Positions 31,340 to 42,454 of a stretch of DNA of 64,000 bases are shown one piece after another (the stretch's first letter is position 1; each line of letters starts with the position of its first letter). Origin of the DNA: Candidatus Bathyarchaeota archaeon (GTDB lineage: Archaea; Thermoproteota; Bathyarchaeia; Bathyarchaeales; Bathycorpusculaceae). Position numbers and translations under genes: made by a program. The notes below the pieces were generated by a model that was given only the letters and a program-made list of their open reading frames with translations, ran no database searches and was not told the DNA's origin. Location of the stretch: contig CAWDYC010000005.1 of the NCBI GenBank assembly GCA_963806535.1, positions 338,316 through 402,315 of the forward strand, read 5' to 3'.

Positions 31340-33358
31340 ATGAGCAAACATAGTGTTAGCCAAGACACTAAATCCGAAACAATAGAACCAAATTATCCAA
31401 TATTGGTCAATTCCTCAACTCTTGGCAAAAAAGGGTCCCTTCGAATTTTACTTGTAGATAATGACGTTTCATTTCTACAGCTTTCTAAATTAACTTTGGA
31501 GAAAGAAAACAATTTTGAAGTTGAAACCGCAACTTCTGTTGTAGAAGCTTTCCAAAAATTAGGAACTAAGAATTATGACGTCATTGTCTCGGATTATGAA
31601 CTGCCTAATAGAAATGGCTTAGATTTTTTGAAAGATATCCGGGAACAAAAAAACAATGTATCGTTCGTCATTTTCGCATGCAAATGTAGTGAAGAAATAG
31701 CCGTTACTGCGTTAAATTTGGGTGCTGATGATTTCTTAAGCAAGCAAGGCTCATCTGAGACTATTTATTGCCAACTAATCTTTGCACTAAAAAAAATAGC
31801 AGAACGCAAAGAAAAAAGATTGCTTGACACTTCAGATTCAAAATATAGCACGCTTGTAGAGAAATCACTCCAGGGAATAATGATAGTTCAGGGAGCGCCG
31901 ATTCGCGTGGCTTTTGCTAATGTTTCTATGGGAAAAATGATAGGCTATGATCCCACAGAGATTCTGGCTCTATCCCCAATCCAAATATCTGAACTAGTCT
32001 ATCAAGAAGACAGGGTCGTTTTTTTCAACCGCTTCAAAAATCGGTTAGCAGGAAAAGAGGCTGAGGATAACTATGAATTTAGAGCAGTACATAAAAACGG
32101 TTCAGTCCTGTGGATGCAAGCATTTTCAACTCTTATTGAGTATGAAGGTAAACCCGCCGTGCAAGCTATGTTCTTAGATGTTAACGAGCGGAAAAAAGCC
32201 GAGGATGAATTGAAAAGAAGTGAGGGACGCTATAGAGAACTTGCTAATTTCTTGCCTGAAATCATTTTTGAATCTGACTTATCAGGAAAAATTACCTTCT
32301 TTAATCAAAGCGCCTTCGAAATCACGGGTTATGCCCCAGAAGAACTTGGAAAAGGTTTGAACATCCTGCAGTTTATTGTACCCGAGGAACAAGGAAAAGC
32401 GAAAGAAAACATTAAACTATCTTTAGCAGGAGAAAAACATGGTGCTAGTGAGTATACTCTTTTGAGAAAAAACGGCACAACATTTCCGGGGTATGTTAGA
32501 ACGGCGCCTGTTATCTCTGAAAACCAGGTGAGAGGTCTCAGAGGGCTGGTTATGGATATTACTGAAATCAAGCAAATGGAAAATACATTAGCAGAATATT
32601 CGGAACATCTTGAACAAATAATTGAAACAAGAACTAAAGAATTAAAGGAAACTCAACAGCAACTTGTGAAAACAGAAAGGTTAGCGGCGATAGGCGAATT
32701 AGCTGGTATGGTTGGACATGATCTCCGCAACCCATTAGCAAGCATCAAAAATGCGACTTACTACATGAAAAAGAAGGGCGCTGCGATCTCTGAAGATCAA
32801 GCCAAAGAAATGCTAGAAATTATTGGCAAAGCAATTGATCATTCAGACAAAATCATAAACGATCTATTGGAATATGCAAGAGAAATACGTTTAGAGCTCG
32901 ATGAAACTTCAACCAGAAAATTATTGACTAAAGCCTTGGAAATGTTACAAGTACCACAATCTATTAAGATTCTTGATAATACCTCAGATGAGCCCAAGAT
33001 AAGTGTTGATTTAGATAAAATGGTTCGTGTTTTCGTTAACCTCATTAAAAACGCCATAGATGCTATGCCAAATGGCGGCTCTCTGGAAATCCGAAGCAGT
33101 CAATCAGGTCCAAACATCGAAATATCGTTCGCAGATACCGGCGTCGGAATCACAGACGAAGTACTTCCGAAGATTTTTTCTCCTCTTTTCACCACAAAGG
33201 CGCAGGGGATGGGATTTGGGTTAGCCATTTGTAGACGAGTTGTCTCAGCTCATGGCGGCAAAATGTCTGTAGAGACTGCTGTAGGCAAAGGAACGACATT
33301 TACAGTTGTTTTGCCAATAGAGCCGAAGTTCGAGCAGTATAGTACAGTAACAGTTTAA
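31340..33358 (+). CDS. Hybrid sensor: receiver, two PAS domains, histidine kinase
   Basis: ILLVDND, VSDYELP, DVNERK/DITEIK PAC ends, VGHDLRNPL H-box, NAIDA, DTGVG, GMGFGL. Confidence 0.95.
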   Translation: MSKHSVSQDTKSETIEPNYPILVNSSTLGKKGSLRILLVDNDVSFLQLSKLTLEKENNFEVETATSVVEAFQKLGTKNYDVIVSDYELPNRNGLDFLKDIREQKNNVSFVIFACKCSEEIAVTALNLGADDFLSKQGSSETIYCQLIFALKKIAERKEKRLLDTSDSKYSTLVEKSLQGIMIVQGAPIRVAFANVSMGKMIGYDPTEILALSPIQISELVYQEDRVVFFNRFKNRLAGKEAEDNYEFRAVHKNGSVLWMQAFSTLIEYEGKPAVQAMFLDVNERKKAEDELKRSEGRYRELANFLPEIIFESDLSGKITFFNQSAFEITGYAPEELGKGLNILQFIVPEEQGKAKENIKLSLAGEKHGASEYTLLRKNGTTFPGYVRTAPVISENQVRGLRGLVMDITEIKQMENTLAEYSEHLEQIIETRTKELKETQQQLVKTERLAAIGELAGMVGHDLRNPLASIKNATYYMKKKGAAISEDQAKEMLEIIGKAIDHSDKIINDLLEYAREIRLELDETSTRKLLTKALEMLQVPQSIKILDNTSDEPKISVDLDKMVRVFVNLIKNAIDAMPNGGSLEIRSSQSGPNIEISFADTGVGITDEVLPKIFSPLFTTKAQGMGFGLAICRRVVSAHGGKMSVETAVGKGTTFTVVLPIEPKFEQYSTVTV

Positions 33359-33523
33359 TGTAGTAATCTAAAACTGGCTCTGGCGGTTCTGAAAACTTTG
33401 CAAGCGTTGTTTAATCACATCAGCTGTAAATAGCTTAAGTATTAAGCAATCGCTTGCATATGAGCAATTAGTTTTAAATAGATTAACAAACAAAAAAGTA
33501 CTAAGTATTTAGGAGACGAAAAT

Positions 33524-35212
33524 TTGGTTCGATTACAAATTAAAGTTATAACTATGTTTCTCTTAGCAACAATGATTATAGCAGTAGCCTATCCTGCAAT
33601 TGCGAAAGCAACACCAACAGAATGGCAAGCAACACCAATGCACCACATACAAAGCGCAAGCGGTAGCACCCTATGCTGTTTCAGGTTTTGGCCCAAGCAC
33701 CATAATAAATGCCTATGGCCTACCAACAGGCGGCTCAGGCACCATTGCAATAATTGACGCCTACGACGACCCCTATGTCGCCTCAGATCTGGCAACATTC
33801 AGCGGCAATTTTGGTTTACTAGGGGCGAACTTGGAGGTTCACAAGATGTCAAGTTACATCCAACCTAACGCGGGTTGGGGAATGGAAATCTCTTTGGACG
33901 TTCAATGGGCGCATGCTATTGCTCCAAACGCAAAAATTCTTCTTGTTGAAGCACGATCAGCATCATTAAGCGACCTACTTTCAGCTATCAGCTATGCAAC
34001 CAGCAGATCAGATGTAGTTGCAGTTTCAATGAGTTGGGGCGGATCTGAATTCTCAACAGAAACAGCCTATGACAGCTACTTCAGCAGCAGCCACATAGCA
34101 TATTTTGCTTCTTCAGGCGATAGCGGAGCAGGCACCAGCTGGCCCTCAGTTTCACCTAATGTTGTTTCGGTTGGTGGAACTACACTCACTCTTGCTAATG
34201 GAGTAGTGTCCTCCGAAACAGGTTGGGCTGGAAGCGGCGGCGGAGTAAGCACCTATGAAGCTAAACCAGCATATCAGTCAAAGTTTAACAACAAATTACG
34301 GCAATCGCGCAACCCCAGACGTATCATATAATGCAGACCCCAACACCGGATATGCAGTATACGACAGTTACGGATACGGCGGATGGAACGTAGTCGGCGG
34401 CACAAGCGCAGGTGCACCCCAATGGGCAGCAATCCAAGCCCTCGGAATGTCAGCCACAAATACCAACCTTTACAATGACAATGGAAAAACTGGCTACTTC
34501 AGAGACATAACAAGCGGCTCAAACGGCGCATACAGTTGCGACACCAGGATATGACCTAGTTACCGGAATAGGCAGCCCACTAACCGTTTACTTCGCAGCA
34601 CCACCAACACCAGACTTCAGCATTTCAGCATCACCAAACACATTCACAATGAGCACCGCAAACCCCACCCCTGTAACTTCAACCATAACTGTAAAAGCAC
34701 TCAACGGATTTACAGACACAGTCAACTTAGCAGCCTCAGCGCCAACTGGATTGAGCGCAACAATAACCCCGACACAAGATCCAAGCATCTCGACTCTAAC
34801 CATAGCGCCATCCACAGGTTTCACCTCTGGAACGTACACGGTAACTGTAACTGGAACTAGCGGAAGTGGAACAATCATTCACAGCACAACCGTAAGCGTA
34901 ACAGTTGTTACACCAGACTACACTTTGACAGCCAGCCCAACAAGCCTAAGCCCAAGCCTTAGGCAAGGAGGCACAGCCACCGCGCAAATAAAAGTCACCG
35001 CTGTCAACGGCTACACAGGAGCAGTTACACTTTCGGCATCGGGACCAAACGGCTTAACCTACACCTTCAAGACAAACCCAGTATCTCAAGGCGGCACATC
35101 AACACTTACAGTAAAAGCAACCCAAATTGTTAGCGGAACCATTACCATAACTGGCATAGACGGCAACAAAGTAAGCCATACAACGAAAATCCAAATAAAC
35201 GTTAAAAGATAA
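33524..35212 (+). CDS. Secreted S53 (sedolisin-like) peptidase with C-terminal Ig-like repeats (several frameshifts)
   Basis: Signal peptide, EISLD, SSGDSG, GGTSAGAP, GYDLVTGIGSP, PDFSISASP/PDYTLTASP repeats. Confidence 0.85.
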
Positions 35213-35361
35213 ACCCAAAAACAATCTTTTTCTTTTCTTTTTTATTATAAAAATTTCATATGCCGCCTGACTATCAAAGAAATATTCTCTATTTTATCGA
35301 TTACCATAACATTTTTAGGGATTGCATGCCGCATACTGTTTTTGTTGTGAAGTGAACTTAG

Positions 35362-36294
35362 CTGAAGTTAGAACAAACAAAAAGAATTTTAGTTACTGGC
35401 GGCGCGGGTTTTATCGGCAGTCACTTCGTTGACAAGGTAGTCTCCGAAGGCTACAGTGTTCGAGTTCTTGATAATTTGTCGGCGGGCAAACTTGTAAACA
35501 TTGCCGGGCATTTAAAGACTAAGAAAGTGGATTTCGTAAAAGGCGATATTCGTGACAGTGCCCTTCTCCGCAAATGTTTAGAAGATGTTGACATAGTTGT
35601 TCATTTTGCAGCCCAGACAAGTGTAACTTTTTCTGTTAACCATCCAGATTTTACATTTGACGTTAATGCCTCGGGAACAAAAAATTTGTTAGATGCTTGT
35701 GTGGAGAATGGCGTAGGCAAGTTTGTGTTTGCCTCCACATGCGCAGTTTACGGCGACCCAAAATGTTTGCCCGTTAACGAAACTTGCAAAACCAATCCAA
35801 TCTCACCTTACGCTGAATCTAAACTTTTGGCAGAACGCCACTGTTTGGAAGCTGATGAAGCGAAGCTTTTGGATTCGGTTGTGCTTAGGTTCTTTAATGT
35901 TTATGGTCCACGGCAGTCTCTGAATGATTATAGTGGTGTTATAACAAAGTTTTTTGAAAGCGCAAAAAGAAAAGAGCCGCTGATTATTTACGGTGATGGT
36001 TTGCAGACGCGTGATTTCATCAGTGTCCATGACATTGTTGACGCTCTCGTAGCTTGCATAACCAGTGCTAAAGCCGACGGCGAAATCTTTAACATTGGCT
36101 CTGGAACACCCACAACTATTGCCGATCTTGCTAAAACGATTTTACAATTAACTGGCGTGGGCTCACAAATTTGTTATGAGAAGCCAAGAGCTGGCGATAT
36201 AAAAGACAGTTATGCGGACATTTCCAAAGCGCAGAGGTTGTTGAATTATGAGCCGAAAGTTAATCTTAGAGATGGCCTGCGTGGGTTGCTTTAG
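35362..36294 (+). CDS. NAD-dependent epimerase/dehydratase (GalE-like)
   Basis: In-frame ILVTGGAGFIG upstream of the listed start; YAESK; FNVYGP; apparent start is CTG or a miscall. Confidence 0.88.
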   Translation: MKLEQTKRILVTGGAGFIGSHFVDKVVSEGYSVRVLDNLSAGKLVNIAGHLKTKKVDFVKGDIRDSALLRKCLEDVDIVVHFAAQTSVTFSVNHPDFTFDVNASGTKNLLDACVENGVGKFVFASTCAVYGDPKCLPVNETCKTNPISPYAESKLLAERHCLEADEAKLLDSVVLRFFNVYGPRQSLNDYSGVITKFFESAKRKEPLIIYGDGLQTRDFISVHDIVDALVACITSAKADGEIFNIGSGTPTTIADLAKTILQLTGVGSQICYEKPRAGDIKDSYADISKAQRLLNYEPKVNLRDGLRGLL

Positions 36295-36478
36295 ACTACT
36301 GGGTAAGCTGAGATTTTTAAGCACATTGGTTTTTGATTGCTGGTATGAGTTCTGGCAGGTCTAATGTAATTGTGCTCTATTTGGCAGCCTTGACGGTTTG
36401 TTGTAACTTTATGTGCCAACACATCTTCAAGTAATCAGTGCTTTACAGTACGGTAGAGTACCGTACCGAGAGGTTGAT

Positions 36479-36604
36479 ATGGCTAAGTGTCCTAAATGTG
36501 GCAAAGAAGTTTCGAAACCTGACAAATCATTCAGAAACAGAGTTTTCCAAATTGAAGCCTATACATGCAAAGAATGCGGAAACATCTTCAAAGTCAGCGG
36601 CTAA
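36479..36604 (+). CDS. 41-aa zinc-ribbon protein, possibly Cren7-related
   Basis: MAKCPKCGKEVSKPDKSFRNRVFQIEAYTCKECGNIFKVSG; RBS GAGG. Confidence 0.75.
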   Translation: MAKCPKCGKEVSKPDKSFRNRVFQIEAYTCKECGNIFKVSG

Positions 36605-36695
36605 TTTTTCTTTGCTGTATGGCGCTTTGTATAGGAATAGAAGAACTGAATTGTGGCATAAATTTTTATCCCGCGAAGAGAAACTAATAGAAAGT

Positions 36696-37541
36696 TTACT
36701 TTCCGTCTGTGCGTTTCCCATTGGGGTCATTTTTTCCATGTGCAGTTTTCCGTTCAGTTATATCTCGGATTATGGCTATGGAATACAAGCGATTGTTTTC
36801 CTCGAAAACTGACGCGTGCATTTCAACAGTTCTCTCTTGGCCTGAACCATCTTGAAGAGGAAGTTCAATTTTCATCCCAGCCGCTTTGCCTCTATTTTCA
36901 GATGCAAATTTTCTGATACCCTCAAGCACATAATCCTTGGATGCCTTTGGAAATTGCAGGCTGAATCGTTCAAAAAAATCCTGACCAACCACATCTTTTG
37001 AGCAACTAAACATTTGCAGCGCAGCTTCATTCAGATTTGTTATTTTTCCCTCGTCATCTATCACAACAATGGCGTCGCTCGAAGCTTCAAAGATTGCTCG
37101 CAATCGCGTCTCACTTTGTTTGGCAAGTTTTTGTGCCTTTATGTTGTCTGCAGCCTGCTGAATGCTGAATGCGAGTTCCGTGTAAACTGCCTCAGTATCA
37201 CCAATTTTATGCAAGTATCTAAACGCACCAAGATTCAATGCTTCTACTGCAACTTCTTCTCTTCCTTTTCCAGTGAAAAGTATGAACGGTGGACTCTGAG
37301 CGTTCTTTTTTAGTTCTGCGAGAAATTGGAGTCCGTTTTTTCCAAGCATTTGATAATCTGAAACGACAACATCATAATGAAACTGCTCCAGCTTCTTGAG
37401 AGCTTCATCCACTGAGGTGGCAATTTCAACCTCAAATTTGCCCTCCATTTCCAAAATTTGCTTTGAAACCTTCAAGAAACAGTCATTATCATCCACATGT
37501 AAAACTCGCAAAACCCCTTCATTTTTAGTTGACTCAGACAT
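36696..37541 (-). CDS. Receiver+PAS domain protein without kinase domain
   Basis: VLHVDD, VSDYQM, FTGKGREE, RDITERK, then ends. Confidence 0.85.
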   Translation of the reverse strand: MSESTKNEGVLRVLHVDDNDCFLKVSKQILEMEGKFEVEIATSVDEALKKLEQFHYDVVVSDYQMLGKNGLQFLAELKKNAQSPPFILFTGKGREEVAVEALNLGAFRYLHKIGDTEAVYTELAFSIQQAADNIKAQKLAKQSETRLRAIFEASSDAIVVIDDEGKITNLNEAALQMFSCSKDVVGQDFFERFSLQFPKASKDYVLEGIRKFASENRGKAAGMKIELPLQDGSGQERTVEMHASVFEENNRLYSIAIIRDITERKTAHGKNDPNGKRTDGK

Positions 37542-37621
37542 TTAGAATCTCCCAGAGCGTTTCCCAGTAAGTTGTTGTTTTTTGGTGCTTTGTTCTTATA
37601 ATATATAGTTTGTCGCCAAAG

Positions 37622-39052
37622 TTACGGACTGACAGGCTCTGAATTTGAACCAGTGGCAGGAGAACTTGTCATTGCTGAAAGAGGAGATGCTCTTTTCCAA
37701 ATATCATTTAGAGTATCCTTTGCTCTCTCGGCATATCCTAAATCGTTTGTGTAAAAAGTGTCTTCAAAATAAGATGAAGCTTCCAGCTTTTCCTGATCAC
37801 ACGACGGTGTCTTGAACATGAAGAGATGTTTTCCATCGACCAGTGTAGTTCTTAAGCAATTTGTTTCGATATGCCGAATTTCACAGTACTTTGATAGCTC
37901 CCGCGCGGCTTTCAGGTTTTCATTTGTTATGGGGGTCATGATTCTGATGGAGAGCCCATGTTCAGTACGCCCTTTCAGAAGTGGTACTTTTTTCCAGAAA
38001 CCAAAAATGTCATTTGAAGAGCCAATACTCACAATCTCTACTTTGGCCGAATCCATAATCTCAATGTACTTCTTGTAGGCGACTTCTGCACTCTTAATGA
38101 CGTAAGTTTCTGGAGTTGGTTTGCCTGTCTTGATCTCCACTATCTTTTTCTGAATATCTGTTGAATTGAACCATAATTCATCGAAAAAAGCTTTGAAACC
38201 ATTTACAAGAGCCTTACTGTTGGTCCATATGCCCGTATCTTCTTGGTCTGTGGCAGATATGTTCGCTAAGGATGACATGAAAAAGATAAGTTCTTCTTCA
38301 TCTTTTATGACCAATCGGGGAAAATGCTTTCCAAAAGAACCGATATCTCGCCCTTGAAAATTAAGTGTAGCATATGGCTTCATACTAAGGAGACCCGTTA
38401 TCGTGTCCACATTTTCTTGAGACAATTCGGTGAGAAATCTAAACTGAATCTGAGATTTCAGGGAATGTTTATGGGCGGCGTCAAAAAAACCAAATTGGTG
38501 ACCATAAACCAATCCGGGAACGGTCGATACAGTTAACAATTCACTTTTGGTCTCATTTATTATCTGAAAAATTTTTGAGTGAATATGATTTCTGCCTTGG
38601 ATGACCATAAACCTTGCCGACGTATCAATATTTTCTCCCAACTTAGCTGATTGCCACTTGGAAAGAATTTCAGCCTTGTTTTGCTGCATCTGCTGTGTTT
38701 CCTCCATTTTAGTACTGATGAACAAATCGAATACTTTATCAAAAGGAATAGCGAAAAAACGAGCCGGATGCTCAAATGTGGAGCTTACAATCCCTTTGTT
38801 TTGCAGGCTTTTTAAGCTGCGGTAAACCTGTTGCCTGTTCATTTTCAGTGCGTCCAATATGTCTTTTCCTTTTGCGTTCCCTTTTTTAGCTAGGAAAAAA
38901 TAAACTTGTGCGTCCATGCTTGTGAACCCGAGGTCAACAAGTGTTTTAACAAACGGTTCCTGATTCAACGTCTCAACCCCTTTGTTGTTCGACACATGCA
39001 ATGCAATCTGTGAATTTTTGGGCGTTCTTTGGTATATTTTGAGTCTCTGCAA
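37622..39052 (-). CDS. TrmB family transcriptional regulator (true start probably near 38975)
   Basis: LVDLGFTSMDAQVY...VYRSLKSLQNKGIV..HPARFFAIP HTH, followed by two effector-like domains. Confidence 0.85.
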   Translation of the reverse strand: MQRLKIYQRTPKNSQIALHVSNNKGVETLNQEPFVKTLVDLGFTSMDAQVYFFLAKKGNAKGKDILDALKMNRQQVYRSLKSLQNKGIVSSTFEHPARFFAIPFDKVFDLFISTKMEETQQMQQNKAEILSKWQSAKLGENIDTSARFMVIQGRNHIHSKIFQIINETKSELLTVSTVPGLVYGHQFGFFDAAHKHSLKSQIQFRFLTELSQENVDTITGLLSMKPYATLNFQGRDIGSFGKHFPRLVIKDEEELIFFMSSLANISATDQEDTGIWTNSKALVNGFKAFFDELWFNSTDIQKKIVEIKTGKPTPETYVIKSAEVAYKKYIEIMDSAKVEIVSIGSSNDIFGFWKKVPLLKGRTEHGLSIRIMTPITNENLKAARELSKYCEIRHIETNCLRTTLVDGKHLFMFKTPSCDQEKLEASSYFEDTFYTNDLGYAERAKDTLNDIWKRASPLSAMTSSPATGSNSEPVSP

Positions 39053-39275
39053 TAAGAGTTTTGAAGTTGAGCCTCAATTATAGGTCGAGAAGCCGTTTTA
39101 GCCATCGTGCGTGTCGGTTTAGGTTTGATGGCTATTGCTGTCTCTTGTTTTATTTGTATTTGTGTTGTACTGTTCATTTGTTGCACTTCTCTACACACCC
39201 TGAATTATAAACAGATTGTAGTAAGTCTTAATATATACGTTATTTTAGAATTCGCAGTATTCCCAAAAACGATAT

Positions 39276-39508
39276 ATGCATTTTCTGACGCAAATTGCTC
39301 AAGAACATGTAAAGTCTGGAAAACTGAAGAACTGGGACGTCTCTGCCAGAGGCAGCGCGGGACATACGATTTTTGAGGGAAACGAGATTGAACTATCAAA
39401 GGAATTAGGCAAATACAATCCTTACTTGAAATTGAAGCTCACATGGTTTTAAGTGCAGACCAACAAATAGAAATAGTAAAGAAAAGAACGCAGAATATAC
39501 CAAAGTAG
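39276..39508 (+). pseudogene. Truncated/frameshifted DUF3303-like small protein
   Basis: KSGKLKNWDV...GHTIFEGNEIELSKELGKYNPY then EAHMVLSADQ in a shifted frame; family recalled from memory. Confidence 0.4.
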
Positions 39509-39884
39509 GTTATCGATTCAAAAAACAACTACAGCATGTCAAATCATTTCTTTAGTTTTTCAATTAAATTTTAGCCCAACCACGATGACCTTACGCCAAG
39601 TTACCTATATAAAAAAAGTCTGGATTGATTGCATTAACTTACGGTTGCGGGGTTATAAAATAACAGAGAAATTACCCCTCAATAAAAAAGAAGAGAATGC
39701 AACGGGAAGTAAAAAAACAAAAGAAAACTTACCCCCCTTCACACTGAAATTAATATCCGCCCTCAAGAACAGCATCAATATGGCAGCATAGCTCACTTTT
39801 TTCAGGCATCAGTTACATTCAAAGGTTCTGAGGTAGCCTAACTCCTATACGCTAACTTCTTATAGAAATAATCGCAATCTTCAA

Positions 39885-40931
39885 TTGCCTATCTTATTTG
39901 AAATGTTAGGGCGGATGAATGTGGGCGCATTAGGGAAGATTTTCAAGACAAGAAATAGGAAGACTGAAGAACTTGACCGAATAGGAAATGAAAGTACCTT
40001 GCCAAAGGACTTGATTGCTTCTCTTAACGACACTGACCCGCAAGTTCGTGCCAGTGCGATAGAGAAACTAGGCAATATTGGAGATAATTCTGCGGTTGAC
40101 ACTTTGGGAAGCATGCTTAAAGATAGTCGTGGACAAAGCGGGCTTATTGTTGAAACGCTTCGTAAGGTCGGTAATAGCAAAGCAGTAGATACCTTAATTT
40201 ATGGATTAGAAAACCCTGATTCTTGGGTTCGAAACAAAGTTGCAGAAGCATTATACAAAATTAATGACCCTCGGGCGAAGGCTCCTCTGGAAAGATATGC
40301 GCATAACAACGAAATGGCTTCTGAAAAAGCAGCACATAAGAAGGAGAAACTGGACGGGTTCCAAAAAGAAACGCTAAAAGCAACTCATAACATGCAGTTG
40401 CAGGCAGAAGAAAAACCCAGCATACCAGTAGATGAATGGCAGAATGGACTTAAAGACATTCTGATTAAAATGAGAACTAAAGAAGCATCTGGCATTATAG
40501 GACACAAAGAAGCTGATAGCTTTAGGGAAAGTGTTGACCGTTTAAGAAATCAATTATTGTTGCACGAAGCTGCGCTGTCTGACCAGTTTCATCAAGTCAA
40601 GTTCTCTAAGCTGAGCCAAATTGACGTTTATGTTTGCGATCAATACTGGCAATATGGAGGGTGCCCACATGGTTATTGTCTGTCCAATTTGCCCAAGATA
40701 AGCGTCTATGAAGCACATTTAGGTGATACACGCTATGCAAGTGCAACGCGGTTTTGCCCTTCGCATTCCTCCAAAACTGGACCTATGATAACCACGATTC
40801 CAAACAATAATCTGTATGCCAAAAAATTGACAATTGGAGATGTTGCCTGGCTTGAGGATTATGGGAATGCACGACTTGAGCGTAATACTGCCAAATACGA
40901 AAACAATGAGCCACTTGTTTTTGTTTGGTGA
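39885..40931 (+). CDS. HEAT/PBS-lyase repeat protein with unknown C-terminal domain
   Basis: LNDTDPQVRASAIEKLGNIGD and LENPDSWVRNKVAEALYKIND. Confidence 0.8.
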   Translation: MPILFEMLGRMNVGALGKIFKTRNRKTEELDRIGNESTLPKDLIASLNDTDPQVRASAIEKLGNIGDNSAVDTLGSMLKDSRGQSGLIVETLRKVGNSKAVDTLIYGLENPDSWVRNKVAEALYKINDPRAKAPLERYAHNNEMASEKAAHKKEKLDGFQKETLKATHNMQLQAEEKPSIPVDEWQNGLKDILIKMRTKEASGIIGHKEADSFRESVDRLRNQLLLHEAALSDQFHQVKFSKLSQIDVYVCDQYWQYGGCPHGYCLSNLPKISVYEAHLGDTRYASATRFCPSHSSKTGPMITTIPNNNLYAKKLTIGDVAWLEDYGNARLERNTAKYENNEPLVFVW

Positions 40932-41401
40932 CCTTTGAAGGTTGGTTAGATTAAATTTTAACCCAAAACACGGTATTACATCGTATCGTTTCTCTGGATA
41001 CAAATCGTATACGTATTTGGCAATTTGTAGACTTATATCCTTCTGAAATACCAGTTTTCTTCGGTTTCTTTTTGTTTTTCAGTTAGATCCAAATCTTTGT
41101 TTGAATTAATATCGCTTTTTAGTTTGCTGGTCATGTTTTTCACCTTGTTTTAGAACTTTTGTTTTTGTTGTGAACGTTTTAGTCTCTCATTGAGTTTTCT
41201 TTCTCTTTCTTTCTTTTCAAGTGAACTTAGGGGAGCCAATGCTAAACCGGTGAGTAGGTGTTCAATTTTTGAGAGTGTTTTCATGAAAGTCACCATTAAT
41301 TGTTTATTAAGATTTAAGATTGTTTTAAAATGATATTACGAATCACGACATATATCAAAAACGGGAATATCCTCTTAACTGCCAAATGTAGAAACCTCGG
41401 A

Positions 41402-41620
41402 TTACTCATTGTTTTTGTGTCTTTGCGATTCCAAAATCAAAGGTTGATTTTCCTGCTGCGAAAGGATTCCAATTTCAAAAGTAGAACTTGTGTCTTTGGA
41501 CACTGGTATGTCGTGGTTTTTCTGTTTTCGATCTCCGATGGACATGAGAACAAAACCGATCATGAAGATTACTGCTGAGATTGGAAACAGAAGGATTTTT
41601 ACGAAACGATTTCTGGGCAA
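41402..41620 (-). CDS. Small single-TM hypothetical protein
   Basis: ILLFPISAVIFMIGFVLMSIG; GAGG upstream. Confidence 0.55.
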   Translation of the reverse strand: MPRNRFVKILLFPISAVIFMIGFVLMSIGDRKQKNHDIPVSKDTSSTFEIGILSQQENQPLILESQRHKNNE

Positions 41621-42022
41621 AGGTTTTCCCTCAGTTTTGAATTAGTTGCTCTTGGGTTAGTGTATGTGTGGTTTGACTTTAAAGCTTTGTGTATTAAGAG
41701 TTAATATTTTATATATCCGATATGATTGCACCCTAAAAAAGCATAGGTTTGCGGTAGATGCCACAAATACTGTTTTCTAAATTTTTCTGTGTTCATATCG
41801 TAATAAATTATATATGAAAATACTTGATCCATATTAATGTTCATATTTGATTCATATTATTATGTATTAAATGTTTTATTTGAAACTTTTTTCGATAAAT
41901 GTTTACTATTTTCATTTTGTTCTATATATTATAATTGGTATAATTGAGAAAGGCTTTTATGTTCATGAACACCTATCAGGTTTCTAATTTAACATACAAT
42001 AGGTGAGGGGGTTAGGGAACGG

Positions 42023-42454
42023 TTGGTTCGAATTGAAGTTTGCTCTTTAAAAAGAAAACTAAAGAAAATAACCAATCATAAACCTCGCGCAGAAATCAAA
42101 GCCGTTCCCGTAAGCCAAATAATTTTTGAAAAAAAGGCTGCCCTTAGAAAAAGAATTTGGTATAGAGCCTTGAGCCGAGTTGAAAGAGGCATACTGGATC
42201 TCACAGTAAGATACGTTGAATGCATAAGAAGTTCTACGCTGGCCACTGTAGTGACGGCCATAATGGAAAAGCTCAAGCTTGCAACGGAAAGCATGGTGGA
42301 TCGATTGGTGAGAACAGTTGGTTTCTCTTTAGCTCAAAAAATAAGTGCAGTAGCAGTACGTTTGGGTAATCATTTGGCAGCTCGTTGGGCTGAAGATGCA
42401 GGGTTTGCCAGATACTTAGTAGTTACTCAGATGAATAGCGGTCGGATAACTTAG
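42023..42454 (+). CDS. Basic hypothetical protein heading the glycan operon
   Basis: 143-aa ORF directly abutting the GHMP kinase start. Confidence 0.7.
   Translation: MVRIEVCSLKRKLKKITNHKPRAEIKAVPVSQIIFEKKAALRKRIWYRALSRVERGILDLTVRYVECIRSSTLATVVTAIMEKLKLATESMVDRLVRTVGFSLAQKISAVAVRLGNHLAARWAEDAGFARYLVVTQMNSGRIT

Noticed and set aside
35362-35364. Non-canonical CTG initiation of the epimerase
   Set aside because: Cannot be separated from a base-call error in this sequence.
36527-36739. Frameshifted histidine kinase continuation of the receiver-PAS gene
   Set aside because: No H-box or ATPase motifs, and the space is occupied by the convergent zinc-ribbon gene.
41690-42000. Replication origin
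   Set aside because: AT-rich, but no recognisable ORB repeats with G-strings and no orc1/cdc6 nearby.
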